A stretch of 64,000 nt of DNA from positions 16,793 through 80,792 of the forward strand of contig JBGQAU010000002.1 in the NCBI GenBank assembly GCA_041494445.1, written 5' to 3'. Positions 54,319-63,236 of the stretch are shown in pieces. Source of the stretch: Acidobacteriota bacterium. GTDB lineage: Bacteria; Acidobacteriota; Polarisedimenticolia; Polarisedimenticolales; JAIQFR01. The notes beneath the pieces are model-generated. The model saw nothing but the letters and a program-made list of their open reading frames with translations. It had not been told where the DNA came from and did not search any database. The position numbers were made by a program, and so were the translations under genes. Each line of letters opens with the position of its first letter. The first letter of the stretch is position 1.

Positions 54319-56997
54319 ATGACCTCGGCCGAGACCCGACGCGCGTTCCTGGAGTTCTTCGCCTCCCGCGGGCACCGCATCGTGCCCAGCTCCCCTCTGG
54401 TCCTCCCGGACGACCCGACGCTGCTGTTCGCCAACGCGGGGATGAACCAGTTCAAGAACGTGTTCACCGGGAGGGAGAAGCGCGACTATACCCGCGCCGC
54501 CTCGTCGCAGAAGTGCCTGCGCGTGTCGGGCAAGCACAACGATCTCGAGCAGGTCGGCAGGACGCCTCGCCACCACACCTTCTTCGAGATGCTCGGGAAT
54601 TTCTCGTTCGGGGACTACTTCAAGGCGGACGCCGTGGCTCTCGCGTGGGACCTCGTCACCCGGGTGTACGGCATCCCGGAGGACCGGCTCTGGGTCACCG
54701 TGTTCGGCGGCTCGGAGGCGGTGCCGGGAGACGACGAGGCGCTGGCGCTGTGGCGCGACCGCGTCGGCGTCAGGCCGGACCGGATCCTGCGCCTCGGCGA
54801 GAAGGACAACTTCTGGCGCATGGGGGACACGGGTCCCTGCGGGCCGTGCAGCGAGATCCACTTCGATCTGGGAGAGGACCTGACGTCCGTCCGGGGCGAG
54901 TCGAATCCCGCCACCGACGAGCACCGCTACGTCGAGATCTGGAACCTCGTGTTCATGCAGTTCGAGCAGCGCGACGACGGGAGTTACTCGCCGCTTCCCG
55001 CCCCGAGCATCGACACCGGGATGGGGCTCGAGCGGATCACGGCGGTGGTCCAGGAGAAGCGCAGCAACTACGACACCGACTTGTTCACGCCGATCCTCGA
55101 GGCGGCCGCGGCTCGCGCGGGGACCCGTTACGGCGGTGGCGGCGAGACGGACTTCTCCCTTCGCGTCGTCGCGGACCACGCGCGGGCCCTCTGTTTCCTC
55201 GTCGCCGACGGTGTCGTGCCGTCCAACGACAAGCGAGGCTACGTGCTGCGGCGGGTCCTGCGGAGGGCGATCCGTCACGGGCTGAAGCTGGGCATACGGG
55301 AGCCTTTCCTGCACGAAGTCGCCCCGGCGGTCCTCCACTCTCTCTCCGCCGTGTACCCCGAGCTCCTCGCCGCGTCGGACGCGATCCTCGAGGTTGCGCG
55401 CCGCGAGGAGGAGCGCTTCGCGGAGACGATCTCGGCGGGGATCGGCCTCCTCGAGCGCTCGATGTCGGGCCTTAAAGACGGATCGAGGACGCTCCCGGGC
55501 TCCGAGCTGTTCCGTCTCTACGACACCTTCGGGCTCCCGCTGGACCTGGCGCAGGACATCGCGGAGGAGCGAGGAGTCGCCCTCGATTCGGACGGCTTCG
55601 AGCGTGAGATGGCGCGGCAGCGCGCGCGCGCGCAGGCGTCATGGAAGGGGCGCGACCGCGGGGAGGCGGCTCAGCTCTGGGGATCGCTCGCGGGGAAGGT
55701 GCGGACGCGCTTCCTCGGGTACGAGACCACGAAGGCGGACGGCGTCCCCGTCGTCGCGGTACGCGCCCCGGCCGGCGGCGAGGGGCCGATCGCGGCAGGG
55801 GAAGAGGGGGAGATCCTGCTCGAGAGCACGCCGTTCTACGGCGAGGCCGGTGGCCAGGTCGGCGACACCGGCTGGCTGATCTCCGCCTCGGGGCGCGCGC
55901 GGGTGCTGGACGCGTATCGTCCGGCGGACGGGATCGTCGCGCACCGCGTGCGGGTGGAGGCGGGGCGGATCGCCGAGGGGGACACCGTGCGGGCGGAGGT
56001 GGACGAGGCGCGTCGCGAGGCGATTCGCCGGAACCACACCGCGACGCATCTCCTGCACGCGGCGCTGCGGGAGGTGGTCGGCACCCACGTCAAGCAGGCC
56101 GGCTCCCTCGTGGCGCAGGATCGGCTGCGGTTCGACTTCAGCCACTTCGCGGCCCTGAGTGACCGCGCGCTGGCGGACATCGAGTCCCTGATGAACCGCA
56201 AGGTTCTCCAGGACCTCCCGGTGGGCGCCGAGGAGATGGCGCTGTCCGACGCCCTCCGCACCGGAGCGATGGCGTTGTTCGGGGAGAGGTACGGCGACCG
56301 CGTGCGGGTGATTCGCGTGGGGGACTTCTCCACGGAGCTCTGCGGCGGAACGCATTGCGCGCGATCCGGCGAGATCGGGCTCGTGAAGGTCGTGCAGGAG
56401 CGGGGGATCGCCGCGGGCACGCGGCGGATCGAGGCGGTCACCGGCGAGGGCTCCCTCGCACGATTCCGCGAGGACCACCACGTGGTGAAGGCGCTGGAGG
56501 AGCTGCTCGCGGTCCCGAAGGACGCCGTGGTCGCCGAATTACAGAAGCGTATCGAGCACATGAAAGCGCTCCAACGCGAGCTGGAACAGCAGCGGATCCG
56601 GTCCGCGCGCCTCGAGCTTGCCCGGGAGGCCTCCGATCCCCACATTGTAGAGGGAGTGAAGGTCGTGGCCGCACGCGCCGACGCCCTCTCGCCGCAGGAG
56701 GCGAGGGTTCTCGCCGACGGGCTACGACAGAAGCTCGGCTCCGGCTGCGTGGTGATCGGCCGCTCGGACGGGGCCAAGGCGTACCTCCTGGTCACGGTGA
56801 CGCGCGACCTGGAGGACACGCTCCCCGCGGGCGACGTGGTTCGCGAGCTGGCGAAGGTCGTCGGCGGCGGAGGCGGAGGCAAGAAGGACCTCGCCGAGGC
56901 GGGAGGGAAGGACCCCTCGAGGCTCGACGAGGCGCTGGGTATCGAGTCGCTCTCGCGCGCCTTCAAGGCGATTCGGGAGAGGAAACCGCCAACATGA
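54319..56997 (+). CDS. alaS: alanine--tRNA ligase
   Basis: [35 protein letters not shown], the editing domain HTATHLL and a C-terminal DHHA1-like domain [14 protein letters not shown]. Confidence 0.95.
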   Translation: MTSAETRRAFLEFFASRGHRIVPSSPLVLPDDPTLLFANAGMNQFKNVFTGREKRDYTRAASSQKCLRVSGKHNDLEQVGRTPRHHTFFEMLGNFSFGDYFKADAVALAWDLVTRVYGIPEDRLWVTVFGGSEAVPGDDEALALWRDRVGVRPDRILRLGEKDNFWRMGDTGPCGPCSEIHFDLGEDLTSVRGESNPATDEHRYVEIWNLVFMQFEQRDDGSYSPLPAPSIDTGMGLERITAVVQEKRSNYDTDLFTPILEAAAARAGTRYGGGGETDFSLRVVADHARALCFLVADGVVPSNDKRGYVLRRVLRRAIRHGLKLGIREPFLHEVAPAVLHSLSAVYPELLAASDAILEVARREEERFAETISAGIGLLERSMSGLKDGSRTLPGSELFRLYDTFGLPLDLAQDIAEERGVALDSDGFEREMARQRARAQASWKGRDRGEAAQLWGSLAGKVRTRFLGYETTKADGVPVVAVRAPAGGEGPIAAGEEGEILLESTPFYGEAGGQVGDTGWLISASGRARVLDAYRPADGIVAHRVRVEAGRIAEGDTVRAEVDEARREAIRRNHTATHLLHAALREVVGTHVKQAGSLVAQDRLRFDFSHFAALSDRALADIESLMNRKVLQDLPVGAEEMALSDALRTGAMALFGERYGDRVRVIRVGDFSTELCGGTHCARSGEIGLVKVVQERGIAAGTRRIEAVTGEGSLARFREDHHVVKALEELLAVPKDAVVAELQKRIEHMKALQRELEQQRIRSARLELAREASDPHIVEGVKVVAARADALSPQEARVLADGLRQKLGSGCVVIGRSDGAKAYLLVTVTRDLEDTLPAGDVVRELAKVVGGGGGGKKDLAEAGGKDPSRLDEALGIESLSRAFKAIRERKPPT

Positions 56998-57671
56998 CAC
57001 GGAAGCTCCTCGGGGGGATGACGGCGGCCGCCGCGATCATCGCGTTCCTGGCCGCCGCCCTTCCCACTTCCGCGGAGGAGCTTCTGTACTACGTCAAGGA
57101 CGGGGCGATCGTCGTCACGAACGTCTCCGACCGACGAGACGCCCGTCCGGTTCCCGGCTTCGAGTCGACGCGGCGGTTCTCCGGTGCCGCCCTTCCCGCG
57201 ACCTCCTACGACGTCTTCATCGACCGGGTCGCCCGCGAGAACGGCCTGGACCCGTCGCTCATCAAAGCCGTGGCCCTCGTGGAGTCCGGCTTCGAGCCCC
57301 GCGCGGTCTCGTCCAAGGGGGCGCGGGGGATCATGCAGCTGCTGCCCGCCACCGCGAAGCGCTACGGGGTCACCGACCTCCACGACCCGTACCAGAGCCT
57401 GAGGGCCGGCGCCAGACACCTGCGCGATCTTCTGGACGAATTCGGAGGCGACGTCACGCTGGCCCTCGCCGCCTACAACGCCGGCGCGGGCGCGGTCCGA
57501 CGGTACGGCGGCGTGCCCGCCTACGCCGAGACGCGCGCCTACGTGACTCGCGTCCAGAAGAAGCTGGATGCTTGCCCCCGGCGACGTGTCCCCGCTCGAA
57601 GGCCGGATTCCCTCGCGCTCGCGGTAACGCTCCGCGTGACGGCGGACGGATCGGTGATCCTCGTCAACTGA
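56994..57671 (+). CDS. lytic transglycosylase (SLT domain)
   Basis: Signal peptide. [25 protein letters not shown] and [10 protein letters not shown] motifs. ATGA overlap with alaS. Confidence 0.8.
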   Translation: MTRKLLGGMTAAAAIIAFLAAALPTSAEELLYYVKDGAIVVTNVSDRRDARPVPGFESTRRFSGAALPATSYDVFIDRVARENGLDPSLIKAVALVESGFEPRAVSSKGARGIMQLLPATAKRYGVTDLHDPYQSLRAGARHLRDLLDEFGGDVTLALAAYNAGAGAVRRYGGVPAYAETRAYVTRVQKKLDACPRRRVPARRPDSLALAVTLRVTADGSVILVN

Positions 57672-57945
57672 CGCGGCGGCTCGGTGCGAACGATGGGGGG
57701 CGACACCGATTCGAAGCGCGACCGAGGTGCCGACCGGCCGGCGCAGCCGGGGGCCACCCATGCCCGGCAAGAAAAAGCACGGATGTAAGACAAAAGTTGG
57801 ATTTGAGCGCTGAACCGACCGATGACGGCCCGGTGTCCGATCGGCGCGAGGCGGTCCTGCGGAGAGGAGAGGATATGCACCGCGAGGGGCCGAGACGGGT
57901 GCGGACCCCGAGTCCGCAGGCGCGTAAGCCGATCCGAAGCACTTG

Positions 57946-57974
57946 TTGACAAATCCGCTTGACCGTAATAGATG
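57946..57974 (+). promoter_or_regulatory. candidate promoter for the HTH-TPR regulator gene
   Basis: A perfect TTGACA (57946-57951), a 17-nt spacer, then TAGATG (57969-57974). About 50 nt upstream of ATG 58027. Confidence 0.3.
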
Positions 57975-58026
57975 AGAGACGAGAAGCCGCCGTCAGACAG
58001 GCTCGAGGGCTCGGGGGGGGGTAAGG

Positions 58027-59295
58027 ATGAGCCGCCTAGCCAGGAATGCGGCAGCGAGGGGCGAGGATCTCCTGCCTTCGAAACCGGCGCGCGAGGAGGA
58101 GCGGGGCCCGGAACAACCGTCGTCCGCTCGGCTCGGGTCGTACTTGCGTCGCCTGAGGGAGGGGTACGGCTACACGCTCCGCAGGGTGGAAGAGGCCGCG
58201 ATGGTGCTCGGCGAGGTCATCGACAACTCGCAACTCAGCCGTTTCGAGAAGGGAAAGGCGATCCCTTCCTTCGACAAGCTCCGCGCCCTCGCCAGGATCT
58301 TCAACGTGTCGGTCCAGACCTTCTCGGACGTCCTCGACCTCGAGGCGTACGAGGCCTTCGAGCCCGCGTCCCACGGGTTCGACGATCTGATCCGGGAGGC
58401 GACGGGCCTGTTCGCGTCGGGCGAGCACGGCAAGGCGTTCGTGACCTTCGAACGCGCCCTGGGCGTCGCGCTCGAGGAGCCCGAGACGGCCCTGGCGGCG
58501 GAACGCGAAGCGCAGGCGCACTGGAGCATGATCACGTCGCTCCGGGCCCTGGGCAAACTGGCGATGACCGAGCGCGAGTTGCGCGAAATCCTGAAAGCGC
58601 GATCGAAGCTGAGCGGGGTCACGCGGACCCGCACGGTGCTCGAGCTGAGCTACGTCCTTCGCGAGCTGGGCGACCTGTACCTCGCCGGAGTTCTGGCCCG
58701 GGAGGCGCTCGAACTCGCCCTCGGGCAGGGAGACGTGAAGACGCAGGCGGGCGTCCTCAACACGCTCGGGAACATTCACCACGACGAGGGAGACGCCGAT
58801 CGCGCGCTCGGGTTCTACCAGCGGTCGCTCACGATCCTCGATGCCCTCGGCGGGCACGAGAAGCTCCGGAGCACGGTGACGACGAACCTCGGCGGATGCC
58901 TCGTGGAGCTCGGCCGGTTCGACGAAGGGATCGGACGGCTCCGTGAGGCGCACGCGAAGGCCCGCGAGATGGGCTTTAGACGGGTCGCCGCGCTGTCGCT
59001 GACCCGGCTCTCCGAGGCCTTCATGCGACGAGGAGAGCGCGATCGGGCCCTCGAGGCCCTCGGTGAGTCGGACGCTCTCGCGTCCCGGCCCGACGAGGCC
59101 TACCAGGACATCATGTTCCTCAACGCTTACCACCGCTGGCAGATGGCCCGCCACGAGGGGAACCCGACGCGCGAGAAGATCGCGTTCGGCCGCCTGCGCC
59201 ATCTCCGCTCCACGCTCGAGCGGAAGTTCCCGGAGGTAAATGAGTTCGACCGGCATATCGAGCGGATCGGGAGAACCCATGCGCACACACCGTAG
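58027..59295 (+). CDS. XRE-family helix-turn-helix regulator with C-terminal TPR array
   Basis: LGSYLRRLREGYGYTLRRVEE...SQLSRFEKGKAIPSFDKLRALARIF (HTH_XRE-like), followed by repeated TPR-like helices (GNIHHDEGDADRALGFYQRSL...). Confidence 0.75.
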   Translation: MSRLARNAAARGEDLLPSKPAREEERGPEQPSSARLGSYLRRLREGYGYTLRRVEEAAMVLGEVIDNSQLSRFEKGKAIPSFDKLRALARIFNVSVQTFSDVLDLEAYEAFEPASHGFDDLIREATGLFASGEHGKAFVTFERALGVALEEPETALAAEREAQAHWSMITSLRALGKLAMTERELREILKARSKLSGVTRTRTVLELSYVLRELGDLYLAGVLAREALELALGQGDVKTQAGVLNTLGNIHHDEGDADRALGFYQRSLTILDALGGHEKLRSTVTTNLGGCLVELGRFDEGIGRLREAHAKAREMGFRRVAALSLTRLSEAFMRRGERDRALEALGESDALASRPDEAYQDIMFLNAYHRWQMARHEGNPTREKIAFGRLRHLRSTLERKFPEVNEFDRHIERIGRTHAHTP

Positions 59296-60010
59296 TTTCG
59301 TCGCTGCGGTCGTCTTCCTCGCCACCGCAGGGTACGCTTTCGAGGCGCGCGCCGAGGTCGTGGCGGAGACGGACGTCACCGGCAACTACTTCCGCACCGA
59401 GGTCCTCGTCGGCGCCTCGGCCAAGAAGCCGAAGATCTGGTCGGTTCAGCGGCCGCGCGCGCTCTCCTATCCCCTGAATCCCGAGGGCGACCTGAACGGC
59501 GACCTGTGGCCGGTCATCGCCGAGAACCCGCACGAGGCCAACCATCCGTGGGTGGTCTGGAGCCGCAACACGCGGACGGGCTACGACCTCGCATGGGCCC
59601 GCTGGCTGCCGACCGGATGGACGCGTCCGGCCTGGGTGGAGGACCCGGTCGAAGCGAGCGTGGGCGACGACGTCGATCCCCGCGTCGCGTTCGGCTCGGA
59701 GGGCCGGCCGTACCTGGTGTGGTGGCGGAACGAGGGCGGGGTGGGCCGCGTCTACCTCAGCATCTTCCTGGTCAGCCGCTGGATGCCGGCGTATCCCGTC
59801 TCCGACGGCGGGGTGGACAGCCGGCTGCCGGGGATCACGCTCCTCGACGACGGGCGGATCCAGGTGGACTACGACACCCCGGCGGGACACGTCGTCCGCT
59901 TCGTGACCTTCATCCGGCCGATGTCGATCACCGACGACATCGACCCGATGGCTCGGCTCAACGGCGGGACGCCCGGGTTTCAGCTGCCCCCGAGCAACCC
60001 GGGTTACTGA
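59279..60010 (+). CDS. secreted hypothetical protein with Trp-rich repeated strands
   Basis: Signal peptide MRTHRSFVAAVVFLATAGYAFEARA. Repeated HPWVVWSRN...YDLAWARW and RPYLVWWRN...RVYLSIF. ATG 59279 overlaps the regulator gene by 17 nt. Confidence 0.55.
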   Translation: MRTHRSFVAAVVFLATAGYAFEARAEVVAETDVTGNYFRTEVLVGASAKKPKIWSVQRPRALSYPLNPEGDLNGDLWPVIAENPHEANHPWVVWSRNTRTGYDLAWARWLPTGWTRPAWVEDPVEASVGDDVDPRVAFGSEGRPYLVWWRNEGGVGRVYLSIFLVSRWMPAYPVSDGGVDSRLPGITLLDDGRIQVDYDTPAGHVVRFVTFIRPMSITDDIDPMARLNGGTPGFQLPPSNPGY

Positions 60011-60123
60011 GCCGTCCGCCTTTCCTACTCTCCCGGCCGCACGGGCGGTGCGGTCCGGCCGAACCTCTCGGGGATGGATCGTAGGTCCCGCGCGTGCTAC
60101 CTTTCGCCGGCGCGAGGGCGCCG

Positions 60124-60762
60124 ATGCGTCTCAACCTGCCGAACAGCCTGACGGTCACCAGGATTTTCCTGGTCCCGTTGCTCGTGGTGGTGCTGCTCAC
60201 GCCGCCGTGGGCCACCGCCTGGGTGAAATCCAAGCTGCAGGACGTGGATTACGCCGCCTGGATCGGCCACCTCGCCAGTTGGCTGTCGGACTGGCGCGAG
60301 GTGGTCGGCGTGGTCATCTTCCTCACGGCGGCCGCCACGGACTGGCTCGACGGCTACCTGGCGAGGCGCCGCGACGAGGTCACGACCCTCGGCCAGCTCC
60401 TGGATCCGATCGCCGACAAGCTGCTCACCGGGTCCGCGTTCATCTCCCTGGTCGAGCTCCAGCTGGCGCCGGCGTGGATCGTGGTCGTGATCATCGGGCG
60501 CGAGTTCGCGGTCACAGGGCTCAGGAGCGTCGCCGCGGCGCATGGACTGGTCATCGCGGCGTCGCCGTGGGGGAAGTTCAAGACCGGGAGCCAAGTCGTG
60601 GCGATCACGCTGATCATCCTGACCAGCACCCTCGAGCGATGGGGGCGGTTCGGCTTCGTCGGCGTCGCGGCGCTGTGGGTGGCGATGGCCGTGGCGCTCG
60701 TGTCGGCCGTGGACTACTTCGTGAGGTTCGCTCGCCGGTTCGACCTCGAGGCCCGGCCATGA
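60124..60762 (+). CDS. pgsA: CDP-diacylglycerol--glycerol-3-phosphate 3-phosphatidyltransferase
   Basis: LPNSLTVTRI and the CDP-alcohol motif DWLDGYLARR...G..LDPIADK. Confidence 0.85.
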   Translation: MRLNLPNSLTVTRIFLVPLLVVVLLTPPWATAWVKSKLQDVDYAAWIGHLASWLSDWREVVGVVIFLTAAATDWLDGYLARRRDEVTTLGQLLDPIADKLLTGSAFISLVELQLAPAWIVVVIIGREFAVTGLRSVAAAHGLVIAASPWGKFKTGSQVVAITLIILTSTLERWGRFGFVGVAALWVAMAVALVSAVDYFVRFARRFDLEARP

Positions 60763-61448
60763 TCGGGCGCGCCGTGGCGCACGTGAGAGACCGGATCGGC
60801 AGCGGCCTGCTCATCGTGTTGCCGCTGCTGATCACCATCTGGCTCCTGAGCATTCTCTTCAACCTGATCAACACGCGGGTGACCCCGTGGGTGCTCGCGG
60901 CGCTCCGGGCGGCGCGGACTCCCGGCCTCGAGCTGTGGCCCGCCCGGGCCTTGGTCCCGCTGATCGGTGTGGTCCTCACCGCCGTCCTCATCTACCTCGC
61001 GGGGCTCCTGACCGGGAACCTCGTCGGCCGGCGCGTCCTTGCGATCTTCGAGTCGGCCATGCTCCGCATCCCGCTGGTCAAGGGGATCTACGGCGCCGCG
61101 CGCCAGCTGCTGGACGCCGTGAGCCTCACCGGCAAGCGCCCGTTCTCGCGCGTCGTCCTGGTGGAGTTCCCCAGGGCGGGAATCTGGACCGTCGGTTTCG
61201 TCACCCAGGAGCGCGTGCACGGGATCGGCGGCCCGCGGGGAGACGAGGACGCGGTGCCGGTGTTCGTCCCGACCGCGCCGAATCCCACTTCCGGCTGGGT
61301 GCTCTTCGTTCGCGAGGTGGATCTCGTGGACCTCGACCTGACGATCGAGCAGGGGCTCAAGCTCATCGTGTCGGGGGGGATCGTGAGCCCCGAGGATCTC
61401 GGCGCCCACCGAACTCCCAAGGCCCGAGCCGCCGCGTCGCCGCCGTGA
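60759..61448 (+). CDS. DUF502-family membrane protein
   Basis: Two N-terminal TM helices and the motifs IPLVKGIYGA...PFSRVVLVEFPR...PTAPNPTSG. ATGA overlap with pgsA. Confidence 0.7.
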   Translation: MIGRAVAHVRDRIGSGLLIVLPLLITIWLLSILFNLINTRVTPWVLAALRAARTPGLELWPARALVPLIGVVLTAVLIYLAGLLTGNLVGRRVLAIFESAMLRIPLVKGIYGAARQLLDAVSLTGKRPFSRVVLVEFPRAGIWTVGFVTQERVHGIGGPRGDEDAVPVFVPTAPNPTSGWVLFVREVDLVDLDLTIEQGLKLIVSGGIVSPEDLGAHRTPKARAAASPP

Positions 61449-62065
61449 GAGGGAGCCCGTTCTATCGCGTGGCGCGCGCCACGTTCCGCGTCCTCGCGCT
61501 CCCCCTGTTCCGCTTCAGCGTCGAAGGGGCCGAGCGGATCCCCGCGACGGGCCCCGCGATCGTGGCCGCGCTGCACCGATCCTGGCTCGACCCCGCGTGC
61601 GTCGGCGGGGCGTGTCCCCGCCCCGTCTACTTCCTGATGCAAAGGGACGTGTACCATAAGCCGTGGGGCCGATGGTTCTACCGTCGCATGGGAGCCATAC
61701 CGGTCCCGGTGGGGGGGACGCCCTCCGTCGCGGCACTGAAGGCGGCGGTTCAGTGCCTGGAGGAAGGGGCGGTCCTCGGGATCTTCCCCGAGGGAGGGAT
61801 CGGCGGAAAGGGCTCCCGGACGGCGTTGTATCGCGGCGTGGCGTATCTCGCGGTGCGCTGCGGGGCACCGGTGATCCCCGCGGCGATCCACGGTTCGGCT
61901 CGGGCCTGGCCGCACGGGAGAAATTGGCCGGCGCCCGCGAGGGTCAGGGTGCGGTTCCACGCCCCGCTCGACCCGCCGACCGGGCTCGGAGGAACGGAGG
62001 CCGTGGACGATCTGATGCGGCGGACGAGGCTGGCCCTCGACGAAGCGGAGGAAGGGCGCTCATGA
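61445..62065 (+). CDS. plsC: 1-acyl-sn-glycerol-3-phosphate acyltransferase
   Basis: HRSWLD (H-x4-D) and IFPEGG acyltransferase motifs. GTGA overlap. Confidence 0.8.
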   Translation: MRGSPFYRVARATFRVLALPLFRFSVEGAERIPATGPAIVAALHRSWLDPACVGGACPRPVYFLMQRDVYHKPWGRWFYRRMGAIPVPVGGTPSVAALKAAVQCLEEGAVLGIFPEGGIGGKGSRTALYRGVAYLAVRCGAPVIPAAIHGSARAWPHGRNWPAPARVRVRFHAPLDPPTGLGGTEAVDDLMRRTRLALDEAEEGRS

Positions 62066-62622
62066 GGCTGTTCCTGGCGATCGACCTTCCCGCGCCGGTG
62101 AGAAGTGCCGTCGCGGAGGTCGGGGAGCGGCTCCGCGGAAACTGCCCGGGCTGGCGCTGGGTCCGCCCCGAGGGGATCCACCTCACCCTCCGATTCCTCG
62201 GCGAGGTCGCCCCGGCGGACGATGCCCGGCAGCGAGAGACCTGGCGCCGCGCGGTCGCGGCCCATCCCTGCTTCCGGTTCCACGTCGGCGGTCTCGGCGT
62301 ATTCCCCGGCGGCACGCGGCCGAAGGTCCTCTGGGTGGGGTTGGAGGAAACGTCGGCGTCACGGGTGCTGGCGCCCCTCGCGGCCGCGCTCGAGAGCGCC
62401 GCGCGGGACCTCGGGTTCGAGGCGGAGGAGCGTCCGTTCCGCGCGCACCTCACCCTCGCACGGGCGGCGATCGAGGCTCGTCCGGTCGCCCCGCCGCCTG
62501 GGGTTGCCGCGATTGCGACGGACGTGCTCGCGGAGGAGGTCGTTCTGTTCCGGAGCGAGCTCGGCCCCGGCGGAGCGCGCTACAGCCGGCTCGAGGCGTT
62601 CCCCCTCGGCGGGGTGCCGTGA
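62062..62622 (+). CDS. thpR: RNA 2',3'-cyclic phosphodiesterase ThpR/LigT (2H phosphoesterase)
   Basis: MRLFLAIDLP plus two H-x-T-x motifs (HLTLRF, HLTLAR). ATGA overlap. Confidence 0.8.
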   Translation: MRLFLAIDLPAPVRSAVAEVGERLRGNCPGWRWVRPEGIHLTLRFLGEVAPADDARQRETWRRAVAAHPCFRFHVGGLGVFPGGTRPKVLWVGLEETSASRVLAPLAAALESAARDLGFEAEERPFRAHLTLARAAIEARPVAPPPGVAAIATDVLAEEVVLFRSELGPGGARYSRLEAFPLGGVP

Positions 62623-63236
62623 GCGCCGCGCCGCTCCTGTCCGCCGCCGCCGGTTTCGCGCTCGGGAGCATCCCGTTCGGCTGGCTCCTGGCTCTCCGCA
62701 TCGCGCGCCGCGACGTCCGGAGGGCGGGGAGCGGGAACATCGGGGCGACGAACGTGCTTCGCGTCGCCGGCCCGGGCCCCGCGGCGGTCACGCTCCTGCT
62801 CGACGCGGCGAAGGGGGCCGCGGCGGTGGTCCTGGCCGGCGCGATCGGATCCGGCGACGGGATCTCCGGCCAGGCGGGGTGCCTCGGGGCGATCGCGGGC
62901 CACGTCTTCACGCCGTGGCTGGGATTCCGCGGCGGGAAGGGCGCGGCGACCGGCGCGGGGGCGCTCGCGGTGCTCGCGCCGATTCCGCTGGCGGCATCGC
63001 TCGCGGTGTTCGGAGCGGTGGTGGGCGTGACGCGCCGCGTCTCGGCGGGCTCTCTCGCCGCCGCGGCGGCATTCCCGGCCTGGGCCGCCGTGCTCGGAGC
63101 GGGGCTCGCAACCGTCGCGACCGGCGTGGCCGTGGCCGTGCTGCTCCTGTTCAGCCACCGGGCCAACCTGGCCCGCTTCCTGTCCCGGCGGGAGCCGAAG
63201 ATCGGCCTGGGCGGATCCCGCGGGGAGAGACCTTGA
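62619..63236 (+). CDS. plsY: glycerol-3-phosphate acyltransferase PlsY
   Basis: GSIPFG, GSGNIGATN and FRGGKG motifs. GTGA overlap. Confidence 0.9.
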   Translation: MSAAPLLSAAAGFALGSIPFGWLLALRIARRDVRRAGSGNIGATNVLRVAGPGPAAVTLLLDAAKGAAAVVLAGAIGSGDGISGQAGCLGAIAGHVFTPWLGFRGGKGAATGAGALAVLAPIPLAASLAVFGAVVGVTRRVSAGSLAAAAAFPAWAAVLGAGLATVATGVAVAVLLLFSHRANLARFLSRREPKIGLGGSRGERP

